Virus record (IMG/VR): IMGVR_UViG_3300030104_001475
Coordinates: 1 to 34,965 of that record
Length of the DNA stretch: 34,965 nt
From: a virus
Lineage: Duplodnaviria; Caudoviricetes
Reading direction: 5' to 3' (one strand)
Part shown: positions 25,871-34,688 of the stretch, piece after piece
How positions within the stretch are numbered: the first letter of the stretch is position 1
How the letters are laid out: each line of letters starts with the position of its first letter
Notes under the pieces: generated by a model
The model's input: the letters and a program-made list of their open reading frames with translations, nothing else
What the model was told of the DNA's origin: nothing
Database searches by the model: none
Position numbers and translations under genes: made by a program

Positions 25871-26956
25871 TTAAAAATAGTGGGTTAGTCTAGCAACCTG
25901 ACCACTTTCTTTATCGTGTAAAAATGCTTCACACGCTTTAGATGCTCCTGTAAAACCTTTTCTTGAATGCCAACTATCTGCTGATGAAGGACTTCTCATA
26001 TATTCTACAGTAACACCTATAAAATCTTTAGCGTCTAGCCATTTATGTTTTACTTTGTGATGTAAATGATGTAAATACCAATACCTAAATTTAGTTTCAC
26101 TCCACATTTTAGGTCGTTCTTGTGCCATTAATAGTGGGAGTTTATCCATTTTCGCCCCATCTCCGTGCTCTAAACCTATTAAATTTGCTCCATATTGATA
26201 GTATTTTCTATGTGCTACACTTATATCAAATTGAACATCATCTGCTTTTCTGAACCACGCTTTTAATGTGTGTGCTAAATGAAATCCACTTTGATAATCG
26301 TGATTACTCATAGAATGTAAAACATCAACAGGGGCTATCTCTCTTAACATCTCTATTACCCTAACATATAACATTAAAGCAATCTGATAATGTTCCCACC
26401 ATTTACCATCAGTATCTTGATGTGTTCCTTTGGTTGTAGTATTATATACATTGTCTATATGCAAAACATCATTACCAATACAGAATAATATTTTTTCTAC
26501 ATCAAACCCTTTAGATTTATCTATTAATCCCTGAACACCCTCTAAAACCCTCATAACAGCAGTTTCACAATTATAAGACTCTCCTGTTTCTAATTCATTA
26601 GCATATTTACCTATATGTATATCAGCAGGATTTATAACTAAAAGATGATTTCCTTTTTTTCTTTTAATAGATTTATATTCAGGAGAATATCCTTCTATAA
26701 ATTTATTAACGCTATCAAAAATTTGTTGGCTATCTAAACCATAATCCTCTTTAGTTACTATAGAAAATCTGTACTCTCCATTAGCAGACTGCCAATGTTT
26801 TACAGAAACAACATCTTTTTTTTCAATGCCTCTTTCAAGTAAATGTTGGTCTAAAGCAGAATTATCATTTATATTGTCTAAAGACTTTGCTCTATGCTGA
26901 TAAATTAAATTTTCCTCATCAGTAGATAATCTTAACCTCCTTCCGTATTTTTTCAT
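25871..26956 (-). CDS. Calcineurin-like metallophosphoesterase (probably leaderless; ATG start at 26956)
   Basis: DIHIG, GND, SNHD, HGD and HLHH motifs. TAAATTTG box at 26960-26967. Confidence 0.85.
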   Translation of the reverse strand: MKKYGRRLRLSTDEENLIYQHRAKSLDNINDNSALDQHLLERGIEKKDVVSVKHWQSANGEYRFSIVTKEDYGLDSQQIFDSVNKFIEGYSPEYKSIKRKKGNHLLVINPADIHIGKYANELETGESYNCETAVMRVLEGVQGLIDKSKGFDVEKILFCIGNDVLHIDNVYNTTTKGTHQDTDGKWWEHYQIALMLYVRVIEMLREIAPVDVLHSMSNHDYQSGFHLAHTLKAWFRKADDVQFDISVAHRKYYQYGANLIGLEHGDGAKMDKLPLLMAQERPKMWSETKFRYWYLHHLHHKVKHKWLDAKDFIGVTVEYMRSPSSADSWHSRKGFTGASKACEAFLHDKESGQVARLTHYF

Positions 26957-26985
26957 ATTCAAATTTATTAAAAAAACACCTTCGC

Positions 26986-27064
26986 AAAAAGAAAGGGTAG
27001 AAAGTTATTAACCGTCTACCCTTAACTACTAACTATCCAATCTGAAAACACAATCAAGAAAGGA
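26986..27064 (-). ncRNA. Candidate stand-alone antisense sRNA 2 (~80 nt)
   Basis: Own promoter at 27069-27097, no ORF, terminator stem 26993-27023 plus U-tract. Complementary to early-gene leaders. Confidence 0.6.
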
Positions 27065-27068
27065 ACTA

Positions 27069-27097
27069 CAAAAGTAATAAATTATTTTAAATATCAA
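27069..27097 (-). promoter_or_regulatory. Promoter for sRNA 2: TTG-N18-TACTTTTG
   Basis: Perfect TAnnTTTG box. Confidence 0.6.
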
Positions 27098-27100
27098 TGA

Positions 27101-27301
27101 TTATTTCTTTGATTTTGCTGCGTCAGCAATACCCTGACCTAGCACAAGTGCCATTACAGAATATAATATTTGTTCTGTTTGTAAAGGGTCTAATCCAAAT
27201 GTTTCGTGAAGGAATGTTACTATAACAGCAATAACTGTGTACCAAAACTTCTTTGACTTTACCATTTGTCCAATTAGGAATTGTTCTAAAAACTTTTTCA
27301 T
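27101..27301 (-). CDS. Holin (two TM helices)
   Basis: KSKKFW + TM ... TM + GQGIAD. Follows the endolysin. Confidence 0.75.
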   Translation of the reverse strand: MKKFLEQFLIGQMVKSKKFWYTVIAVIVTFLHETFGLDPLQTEQILYSVMALVLGQGIADAAKSKK

Positions 27302-27316
27302 TTTATAAAATTTTAA

Positions 27317-27766
27317 TTAATAATAATGCCAAATTAAATCTTGGCTTTTGTTTTTGTCTGTGTCGCAATGTATGAAATTTTTTCCAATACCAATGCGATT
27401 TATACCTACTTTTAATAGTGAATCAATCACTTTATATCTAGTAATACTATTAGGAATTGCAATATCACAAGCATTGCAAGGTATATTCATATGTGATGAG
27501 GTTATAGACCCTCCAACAGCAGTATTATGTTTTGGAGTTCTATATCCTGATGTTATCTTAAAAGGAACACCTGCTATTTCTCTAGCCTCATCTATTAATC
27601 TAACAAAATCTAAATCCATATTTTCTCCTGAATTACTATCATCAGGACTATCAAATTCAGATAAGTCAAAATATTTTATTTCTCTAGGAATATCTTTATT
27701 CCTGTCAAAATCATAGTAATAATCACTATGACCTTCCTTGCCCTCTATACTTTTTTTTATAGCCAT
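27317..27766 (-). CDS. Endolysin, peptidase M15 family (start revised to ATG 27766)
   Basis: YF..SEF, ITSGYRT..HN..VGG...SSH, ACD, RIGI...FIHCD. Confidence 0.88.
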   Translation of the reverse strand: MAIKKSIEGKEGHSDYYYDFDRNKDIPREIKYFDLSEFDSPDDSNSGENMDLDFVRLIDEAREIAGVPFKITSGYRTPKHNTAVGGSITSSHMNIPCNACDIAIPNSITRYKVIDSLLKVGINRIGIGKNFIHCDTDKNKSQDLIWHYY

Positions 27767-27851
27767 TTTGAGATTTTGAAGCATTTTTAGAATGAACACC
27801 TTTACGCTTTTTATTCTTTTTCTCACGAAATAAAAAAGTTAATTTTGCCAT
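27726..27851 (-). CDS. 41-aa highly basic peptide MAKLTFLFREKKNKKRKGVHSKNASKSQNGYKKKYRGQGRS
   Basis: ATG GCA start right after the upstream stop. YRGQG-ending peptide of a type I recall from marine phages. Not in the ORF track. Confidence 0.7.
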   Translation of the reverse strand: MAKLTFLFREKKNKKRKGVHSKNASKSQNGYKKKYRGQGRS

Positions 27852-27854
27852 AGA

Positions 27855-28355
27855 TTAAGCCTCATCACCCCCTGCAGGGTCTGCCCCACCTTTAAACACA
27901 GCAACATACTCTATATATGAGGAAACAACACTTTTGTCTCCATCTGTTTTAGCCTTAACAGAAACCAAATCTGCTAAAGTAAAAGAATCTCCTTCACATA
28001 AGAAATCCATATCGTTGCTCATTAAAACAAAACTACATCCTGCAGGTAAATGAAAGAATCCTGATTTTGTTGCACTAACATAAAGTTGAAGCGTTATACC
28101 AACCGAATTATCTGTATTTGTTATTCTGAAATAAGCAAACTCACTTTTAACACCTGAACCTGATAAATCAGGAAGTGCAGCGTGATATTCAAAAACTGAT
28201 GTTAGTCTAGTACTATTAATTTCCATTACTCTTTGGTCTACCTTACCATTGTCTGCAAATGATTTTGTTATGTTGTTACCATATGTTACTCCATTTATTG
28301 ATATTTGCTCGTTTATACTAACATTAAGAATTGTTTGTTGTATTGTATTTGCCAT
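27855..28355 (-). CDS. Probable virion structural protein
   Basis: 166 aa, beta-rich, YFRITNTD motif. In the late operon. Confidence 0.6.
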   Translation of the reverse strand: MANTIQQTILNVSINEQISINGVTYGNNITKSFADNGKVDQRVMEINSTRLTSVFEYHAALPDLSGSGVKSEFAYFRITNTDNSVGITLQLYVSATKSGFFHLPAGCSFVLMSNDMDFLCEGDSFTLADLVSVKAKTDGDKSVVSSYIEYVAVFKGGADPAGGDEA

Positions 28356-28358
28356 TTT

Positions 28359-28520
28359 TTATTTCTTTTTTGATAATTTGTAAAACTTGTAAACTGTAAA
28401 GCATATAGCAAGAGTAGTTGATATAAAAAGAAGTATTTCATTACACTCTGCCAAACTCAATCCCAAAACTCCCCCATTTGCAATTAGCACTTCTGTTGTA
28501 TCTTTCATATTGCTTTTCAT
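28359..28520 (-). CDS. 53-aa membrane protein (holin-like)
   Basis: MKSNMKDTTEVLIANGGVFGLSLAECNEILLFISTTLAICFTVYKFYKLSKKK fills the gap. Not in the ORF track. Confidence 0.65.
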   Translation of the reverse strand: MKSNMKDTTEVLIANGGVLGLSLAECNEILLFISTTLAICFTVYKFYKLSKKK

Positions 28521-28521
28521 T

Positions 28522-29013
28522 TTAACTCACTTGTCTATAACCTATTAAATATACTTTTAAATCTCTTGGAGCCTCTCCTTCTCCTATTGTTAAATTAACA
28601 ACCACTTCATTATCATTACCTAATTCATAATCAGATATTACAACAGGAGTAGCAGCAGTTGTTGATGTTTTCTCTCCTGAATCTATTGTTAAAAGAGTAG
28701 AAAGTATTGAAACTCCTGACTCTTGTATGTCTACAGTAACTAAAGCCCCTGTAAACTGAACACTAGCCCTTACCTCTGTTAATCTGAAGTTATAAGGCAT
28801 CCTAATATAATCAATATTATTGTTTGTAGCCAAAACATTATCTAACCTTAAAACAAATGTTTGTAGTGGGTAAACCCAACCATAATTACCTGTTTTATCA
28901 TCATATGAAACCCCACTCTTTTTGCTTGGAACCATATTGTTTTGAGCAAATTCATACCCTAGAGGATAATGCCTGTTAGGGTCTAATAAGTTTTTATGTT
29001 CGTTTGCAGCCAT
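28522..29013 (-). CDS. Probable virion accessory/fibre protein
   Basis: RMPY.F.LTEVRAS...TVDI...SILST.LTID.GE domain, as seen at fibre C-termini. Confidence 0.6.
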   Translation of the reverse strand: MAANEHKNLLDPNRHYPLGYEFAQNNMVPSKKSGVSYDDKTGNYGWVYPLQTFVLRLDNVLATNNNIDYIRMPYNFRLTEVRASVQFTGALVTVDIQESGVSILSTLLTIDSGEKTSTTAATPVVISDYELGNDNEVVVNLTIGEGEAPRDLKVYLIGYRQVS

Positions 29014-29022
29014 ATTTATATT

Positions 29023-29634
29023 TTAACAATCATTACAATTACAATTACACTTTCCTTTATAATAAGGGTTACCACAACTTATACACCCATCAATACCATC
29101 ATACCCATATATACTATCATAGAATATCATTCCGTGATTTTTATATGTGTCATTCATACTATTAGGCTTGTTGTTTTCAAATGTTGGATAATTACCATCC
29201 TCGTCTTTTGAGTTTAAATAATCCATCATATCCCCTGCAAATATTTCTGCCTTTCTATATGTGTCTTGCTTGAAAGCGTTATATGTTTCTTGATTTATAA
29301 TCCTTGAAAACTCATCAAGATTATTCACAACCCCACTAGATGTTATATTACTCATAATATCATTAACAACCTCAAACCTAACATACCAAGAAAGACAATC
29401 CTCTAAATAATATGTCATAAACTCTTGATTCTTAACAGTTAAGGTTCCTGTGTCGTGCTCCTCCTTTAACTCTGCGTAAAATTTTTCTCCCAACAAAGGT
29501 CTTATATGGGCAAGTTCTGCTAAAACAATAGTATTTTCAGAAACAAGAACAGGGTCTGTGTTTTTATTAGTAAATGTCTTATCAATTACCTCTCCTGCAG
29601 ATACTAATGTAATATATTGTTTAGTGTTTGCCAT
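29023..29634 (-). CDS. Head-tail adaptor protein
   Basis: HIRPLLGEKFY.EL motif. Lies directly after portal. Confidence 0.65.
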   Translation of the reverse strand: MANTKQYITLVSAGEVIDKTFTNKNTDPVLVSENTIVLAELAHIRPLLGEKFYAELKEEHDTGTLTVKNQEFMTYYLEDCLSWYVRFEVVNDIMSNITSSGVVNNLDEFSRIINQETYNAFKQDTYRKAEIFAGDMMDYLNSKDEDGNYPTFENNKPNSMNDTYKNHGMIFYDSIYGYDGIDGCISCGNPYYKGKCNCNCNDC

Positions 29635-29637
29635 TAT

Positions 29638-30960
29638 CTATTGTTCTAGTGTTACTGATTTTTCCTCCTCTATCTCTCCATCTCCATCATCATCTCTTTG
29701 AGTAACTATAATTTCTCTATCTGCTACAAACATATCTCCATCATCTAGCATTGGTAAATCCTCATCTATTAATGCTCTTTGTTCATTTATAGTTAATACC
29801 TCTCTAATATCTACATCATTCGCATAAGAGATAGGTGGCTCATAATGTATTTTTAAATCTTTAGGGTCATAGCCCATTTCATTGTAAAGAACCGTTCTTA
29901 TTCCGTTTAATAATAATTCTGAAGTATCTCTAATTACTGTTGTCATTACTAGGTCATAAGCAATTCTAATTTCACTACCTGTATTATTCATTTTACCTGA
30001 ACTTACAATACCTGAAAGTGATGGCTGCCATCTGTTAGCAGTTATAATATTTTGGTCAGTTATTTTTTGTAAATCTATCCAACTACCCTCTTGGTCATCT
30101 TTTATAACCTGAACATTGGCAGGAGAAGTGTCCCCATTCTTTACTATAAATAATATCTTTCCATTATTACCCTCTCCTACAAATTTCTTTTGAGCCTCTC
30201 TAACCATTTTTTGAGCCTCTTTTTCTCCCATATCTCCATTAATTTCTACAATAGCAGAAGGTTGAAAACCATTTAAGAATTTAGTATGATTCCATTTACC
30301 AATCTCATAATCAACACATATATGCTCTAGTGCTGCTACATAATCAGGAAGTCCATAAAAATTAAATGTAGGTTCGTAATCTTTAAAGTGCATTACGAAT
30401 TTATTGTGTGCTACTCTAGGGTAAATAGGTAGTCTTTTTATTTTTGTATCGTTATTCCAATACTTACACCAATCAGAATTTATATAAACCTCTTTTTTAG
30501 ATTTACTCATTCTAACTGTTGTTGCATCTAAATGATAAATATTTACACCTCCATCATATATAACGCACTCCATATAAGCGTTACCAAAAGTGTAATAATC
30601 ATCTGCTAATTTTTTGAAAACATCTCTTAAGGATTCGTGGTCAGCATTTACATCCTCTATAAACCTTCTTAAATTCTCATCCTCACAAACAAATTTTGCC
30701 CCACTTGTGAACACAGTTTTTTGAGCCAAAACACTTCTATGAGTAGATGATTTTCTTTTAAGTTCTGCTAGATATTGAGGAAACAAATTGTCATCTCCAA
30801 AAGGAACCCACTCGTTTGGAAGGTTTTTAATGTTTTTTGTTTCTTTTATACTAGGAGGAACTGATAAATCAAATACTCCAAACTCAAAAGTATTATTTTT
30901 CTTTTGAGTCTTTCTTGTTGTCGCTACTTTTTTTACTGACCTTGTTGTCGCTTTTTTCAT
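29638..30960 (-). CDS. Portal protein
   Basis: 440 aa. WVPFGDDNLFP, FGNAY, YGLPDY, NGFQPS, GEGNNGK, LTINEQR. Confidence 0.88.
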   Translation of the reverse strand: MKKATTRSVKKVATTRKTQKKNNTFEFGVFDLSVPPSIKETKNIKNLPNEWVPFGDDNLFPQYLAELKRKSSTHRSVLAQKTVFTSGAKFVCEDENLRRFIEDVNADHESLRDVFKKLADDYYTFGNAYMECVIYDGGVNIYHLDATTVRMSKSKKEVYINSDWCKYWNNDTKIKRLPIYPRVAHNKFVMHFKDYEPTFNFYGLPDYVAALEHICVDYEIGKWNHTKFLNGFQPSAIVEINGDMGEKEAQKMVREAQKKFVGEGNNGKILFIVKNGDTSPANVQVIKDDQEGSWIDLQKITDQNIITANRWQPSLSGIVSSGKMNNTGSEIRIAYDLVMTTVIRDTSELLLNGIRTVLYNEMGYDPKDLKIHYEPPISYANDVDIREVLTINEQRALIDEDLPMLDDGDMFVADREIIVTQRDDDGDGEIEEEKSVTLEQ

Positions 30961-31177
30961 TAGATGATGTTTTCGTAATTAAATCTGTCATTCCCTTCTC
31001 CTCATATAAGTAAGCCAATTTTTCTTGAGTCGCTAACGACCAATTTACATAATCGCCTCCATAAAAAGTAGTAGAAGTTCCTTCTAAATGTTTTTTTGCT
31101 TTATAAGTTGCCATATTTGTATATATTTTAAGATGTGGTAAATCTACCACATTTTTACTATTATTACAATCACACAT
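30893..31177 (-). CDS. Hypothetical protein
   Basis: 94-aa ORF with ATQEKLAYLYE and a Lys/Ser-rich tail. Start uncertain. Confidence 0.6.
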   Translation of the reverse strand: MCDCNNSKNVVDLPHLKIYTNMATYKAKKHLEGTSTTFYGGDYVNWSLATQEKLAYLYEEKGMTDLITKTSSNEKSDNKVSKKSSDNKKDSKEK

Positions 31178-31189
31178 ATAAAAGATATT

Positions 31190-31216
31190 AGCAGGGAGTG
31201 TTAATAACCCCCTGCT
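31190..31216 (-). terminator. Stem-loop after the tail tube gene
   Basis: AGCAGGG...CCCTGCT stem, weak U-tract. Confidence 0.55.
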
Positions 31217-31231
31217 TTATCTTAAAACTAA

Positions 31232-31813
31232 TTACGAAGTAGTTGCTGTTACATCTCCTGCAACAACTGTAATTGCCCCTGTATACTCAAGAGGTAATTC
31301 AAATTGTCTAGCAGTTAATGTTACAGTTACTCCATTATCATCTGCATATGCTGCTCCTGAACCCCCTTCTATTGAAGTAAGGTTTGCATAAGTTTGATTT
31401 CTAGTCCAAGGAGTTGATGATGCTGATTTGTTCTCATATTTATAAGAGTAACCAACAACAAACATTTTTCCTGAATTTAATTCAACTAATGCGACAGGAC
31501 AAGCACTTTCTAAATTTGTAAGTTCGTGAAATCTTGCTCCATCAATATCAGGGATATAGAAAGATAATGCACACTCGTAAGCAGTGCTTCCTCCTTCTTT
31601 TGTTCCTGTTATTGTTAAAGCAGCAGTTTCATTTTTGAACTCAAATCTAGCCCAAGGGTTAGTTGCTGTAAAGCCTGTTAAAGTATGAGTAGCGTTTAAT
31701 GTTGAAGGAGCCACAGTTGCGATATTATCTAAATCTGTAAGTAATATCTGTCTTATCCCTCCTACTGCGTTTAAGTCGCCACAATCTACTAATAATCCTG
31801 AATCTATTGCCAT
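31232..31813 (-). CDS. Major tail (tube) protein
   Basis: G...C.D..VGGI N-terminus and G.A..D.NG.TVT C-terminus, as I recall from Bacteroidota phage tail tube proteins. Confidence 0.7.
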   Translation of the reverse strand: MAIDSGLLVDCGDLNAVGGIRQILLTDLDNIATVAPSTLNATHTLTGFTATNPWARFEFKNETAALTITGTKEGGSTAYECALSFYIPDIDGARFHELTNLESACPVALVELNSGKMFVVGYSYKYENKSASSTPWTRNQTYANLTSIEGGSGAAYADDNGVTVTLTARQFELPLEYTGAITVVAGDVTATTS

Positions 31814-31846
31814 TTTATTCTATTTTTTTAAGGTTAATAATTATTT

Positions 31847-32947
31847 TTATACTAATACACATCCATTAACCAAAGAATTCCATCCATATTGGAAGCCCAT
31901 AGTAAATCCTGCTCTTACATACATTTTATCAGAAACCTCATCATAGAACATTTTTAACTCATTTTCAGGATTTGTTACATCTGTTCCTATAAACAAGTTA
32001 GCCTTTGCTGTATAAATAAGCCCACAAGTTGCATCAATACCTGCAGTCGCTGCAGTAAATAATGCAGGAAACTGACCACCTGTACCTAACATAGTTAAAG
32101 CGTCATCCCACTCATACATAGGCACTAATTCTACACCTCTAAAGTATAATCTTTGTTTTCCAACTTGTGATTCTGAATGTCCATAATCAACTGAACCTGC
32201 CGAAGCAACTTGAGTTAATGCACTATACCAAGCGTTGTATACATTTGGAGTGCAGAAAATTCTTTTCTCTGATGCAGGAATTGCTGCCAATGCTGAAGAA
32301 GCAGTATTGAAAGTGTCCTCTAACATTAAAATTGCATCTGATGGAACTATAGTTGCTCCTACAGTTATTTTTGCTGATGCTCCTGAAGTTCCTGTTACCT
32401 CGTTCATTTGAGTTCCGTTAATTGCACCACCTGCTGACAATGAAACCCAAAGACCATCTCCCATTGAAGCGTAAGTACAGTCAAGTGCAACAACTGCTGC
32501 TGCATTATCTCCTGCCCACATATTTCTAACCATATCGTTAGCAATACCATTTCTTACTCTATTGATGATAACATCTGCTAATTGAGTTCCTGTTAAGTCA
32601 GGCATATTTACCCCATTTCTGTAAGACTCTACTATTACTTCTGATTTGAACTCATCCCAACATTGCTCTTGTTTTACTGCTACATTCTCAACCTCTAAAA
32701 CCTTTTGAGTTACAGAGAAAGAGTTAGTACAAGTATCTGAAACATCAGTACATCCTGCATTTACAGTAGTAATACTGCTTAATGAAGGAGCCATTGTGAT
32801 GTTTTGCTTAAATTTTACATTTGGATAGATAGTATAATTTCTCATAATATCATCCGAATGGAACATAGGCTCTAGCATTATGCCTGAAGCATAAGTACCT
32901 CTATATAAGCCACCTAATCCATTTTGTGCTATATCTGTTGCTGCCAT
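31847..32947 (-). CDS. Major capsid protein
   Basis: 366 aa, follows the protease. PNVKFK, WAGD, NLFIGTD motifs. Confidence 0.82.
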   Translation of the reverse strand: MAATDIAQNGLGGLYRGTYASGIMLEPMFHSDDIMRNYTIYPNVKFKQNITMAPSLSSITTVNAGCTDVSDTCTNSFSVTQKVLEVENVAVKQEQCWDEFKSEVIVESYRNGVNMPDLTGTQLADVIINRVRNGIANDMVRNMWAGDNAAAVVALDCTYASMGDGLWVSLSAGGAINGTQMNEVTGTSGASAKITVGATIVPSDAILMLEDTFNTASSALAAIPASEKRIFCTPNVYNAWYSALTQVASAGSVDYGHSESQVGKQRLYFRGVELVPMYEWDDALTMLGTGGQFPALFTAATAGIDATCGLIYTAKANLFIGTDVTNPENELKMFYDEVSDKMYVRAGFTMGFQYGWNSLVNGCVLV

Positions 32948-32967
32948 TTTTTTCTTTTTTTATATTA

Positions 32968-33969
32968 TTAATTAATGATTTTGTTTAATAGGCCATTCCA
33001 AAATGCCATATCTTTATCCTCTACTTTGTTTTCTACTACTTCAGGGTCTTTTTCTGTAGAGATTTCAGTTCCCTTTGCATTTGCTTTACTTACTAAAGCA
33101 TTAAGTCTTTCAATTTCCTCGGTTAGAGTTGTTTTTTCTCCTTCCAATTCAGCGATAGACCCATTAAGTTCAGTTACTTTTGCTTCAAAATCAACAAATT
33201 TATTTAAAATGTCAGCCTCATCTGCAATAGTTACTTGAACTTCCGATTTAGTTTCAACATTAGAATCAGAACTATCACTCTTTACTCTAGCGATAATGTC
33301 CTCAATCTTTCCGTTGAACCAAGTTTTTAACTCATCAGTCATTTTTTTACTTTTTAGGTTAATGTTTAATTTACTTGCAATTTCCTCGTTTGTTATATTT
33401 TTAAACTTGGAAACATCATATTTGGCTGCCACTTTAATGGCATCCGAGATAGAATCAATAAAACCTAGTTCTAATGCTTCATCAGCATTTAACCAAGTTT
33501 CCTCATCCATCATTTCTTTTACCCTGTCATAAGGTAGTTTTGTCTTTTTTATATAAATATCAGCAATCTCATTACTAATTTTTTCTAATAAGTTTGCTGT
33601 CTTTTTTAATTCTTTTGACTCTCCCATTGCTCCACCCCAAGCGTTGTGAATCATAAATAAAGAGTTTTCAGCCATAACTACATTATCAGCAGCCAAAGCA
33701 ATAACACTACCCATACTTGCTGCTATACCTTCAATATATACAGTTGTTTCGGCAGTTCTTTTCTTAATTATATTGTAAATAGCCATACCATCAAAAACAT
33801 CCCCACCCACACAATTAATATGAATGTTCATAGGTCGTTTTTTGTATGCTTTTATTTCCTCTATGAAAGATTGAGCATTTAAACCATAAGCCCCTATCTC
33901 ATCAAAGATATAGACATCAACAATTCCTTCTGATGTCTTTCCGTTAATGTTGTACCATTTCTTATCCAT
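32968..33969 (-). CDS. ClpP-like prohead protease with C-terminal scaffold-like coiled coil
   Basis: INCVGGDVFDG, GIAASMGS, FMIHN, ETWLNADEALELGFID. Confidence 0.93.
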   Translation of the reverse strand: MDKKWYNINGKTSEGIVDVYIFDEIGAYGLNAQSFIEEIKAYKKRPMNIHINCVGGDVFDGMAIYNIIKKRTAETTVYIEGIAASMGSVIALAADNVVMAENSLFMIHNAWGGAMGESKELKKTANLLEKISNEIADIYIKKTKLPYDRVKEMMDEETWLNADEALELGFIDSISDAIKVAAKYDVSKFKNITNEEIASKLNINLKSKKMTDELKTWFNGKIEDIIARVKSDSSDSNVETKSEVQVTIADEADILNKFVDFEAKVTELNGSIAELEGEKTTLTEEIERLNALVSKANAKGTEISTEKDPEVVENKVEDKDMAFWNGLLNKIIN

Positions 33970-33974
33970 AAACG

Positions 33975-34019
33975 CAAAAATATCTTTTACTTATAAGAAT
34001 TTTACGAAGTTTTAGGAAA
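33975..34019 (-). promoter_or_regulatory. Putative late promoter: TTTCCTAAAACTTC-N23-TATTTTTG (leaderless protease mRNA)
   Basis: The -7 box ends 5 nt before the ATG. Shares the upstream 14-mer. Confidence 0.65.
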
Positions 34020-34024
34020 AAACT

Positions 34025-34342
34025 TTAGTAGGTTATATTAAAGGTTGCTTTTTCTTTGTTTCTCTCTTTGTAAACTATGCTTTGAGCCTGTCTTTCTGAA
34101 ATATCATATTTAATAGATAAGTCCATAAAAGTGTGAGTTCTATTACCTTCATTAAATCTCAACATAGTATCAAAATCATATATTATCATATAATTCCTTA
34201 ATCTTTTAGGGTCTACTATTCCTCTTTCAGTTAAGTGTCTTAAAATATCTACAATGGTTGGCTCGTGCCACCTTTTAAGTATTTCTTTTTCGGCTACTTT
34301 AATATACTCGTAAACTATATCTGATTTATTTTGCCTTGCCAC
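34025..34342 (-). CDS. HTH protein, candidate late transcription activator (Mor-like)
   Basis: C-terminal DLSIKYDISERQAQSIV HTH. Confidence 0.55.
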   Translation of the reverse strand: MARQNKSDIVYEYIKVAEKEILKRWHEPTIVDILRHLTERGIVDPKRLRNYMIIYDFDTMLRFNEGNRTHTFMDLSIKYDISERQAQSIVYKERNKEKATFNITY

Positions 34343-34670
34343 TAACTTTTGCTTTTTTAGAATAAACTTTTTTCTTTTGTGTTTTTACTTCCTTTTCTAC
34401 CTCTTTTACAACTTCAGGAGTTTCTCTTTCTGAAATAATGTAATCTGCAATAGTGTGAAAAAAATGACAAACAGATTTTCTACAAGACAAGCAATTTTTT
34501 GATTGTTTTTGATTAGGAAACATCTCTTTCCATAAATTAAAAAAAGTGTGAATTGCTTGATTATCATATTTGTCCATATCTTGAATGGCTCTTTTATTGT
34601 TTTTTGATAAACCAACTATCAAGTCTTTTTTTTCATTTGAAAAATCTTTGATTATTGAATTATAATCCAT
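34326..34670 (-). CDS. Hypothetical protein with CxxC
   Basis: 114 aa, NCLSC. Confidence 0.7.
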   Translation of the reverse strand: MDYNSIIKDFSNEKKDLIVGLSKNNKRAIQDMDKYDNQAIHTFFNLWKEMFPNQKQSKNCLSCRKSVCHFFHTIADYIISERETPEVVKEVEKEVKTQKKKVYSKKAKVSGKAK

Positions 34671-34688
34671 ATATATAAAGTTTAGTTA

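Noticed and set aside
9153-33532. Other plus-strand ORFs in the track (9153, 9431, 15785, 16876, 21870, 23003, 24196, 24446, 24486, 27348, 28996, 32975, 33296)
   Set aside because: All overlap better-supported minus-strand genes, and most have non-ATG starts.
34406-34615. 69-aa minus-strand ORF
   Set aside because: Nested out of frame in the 114-aa gene, with no independent support.
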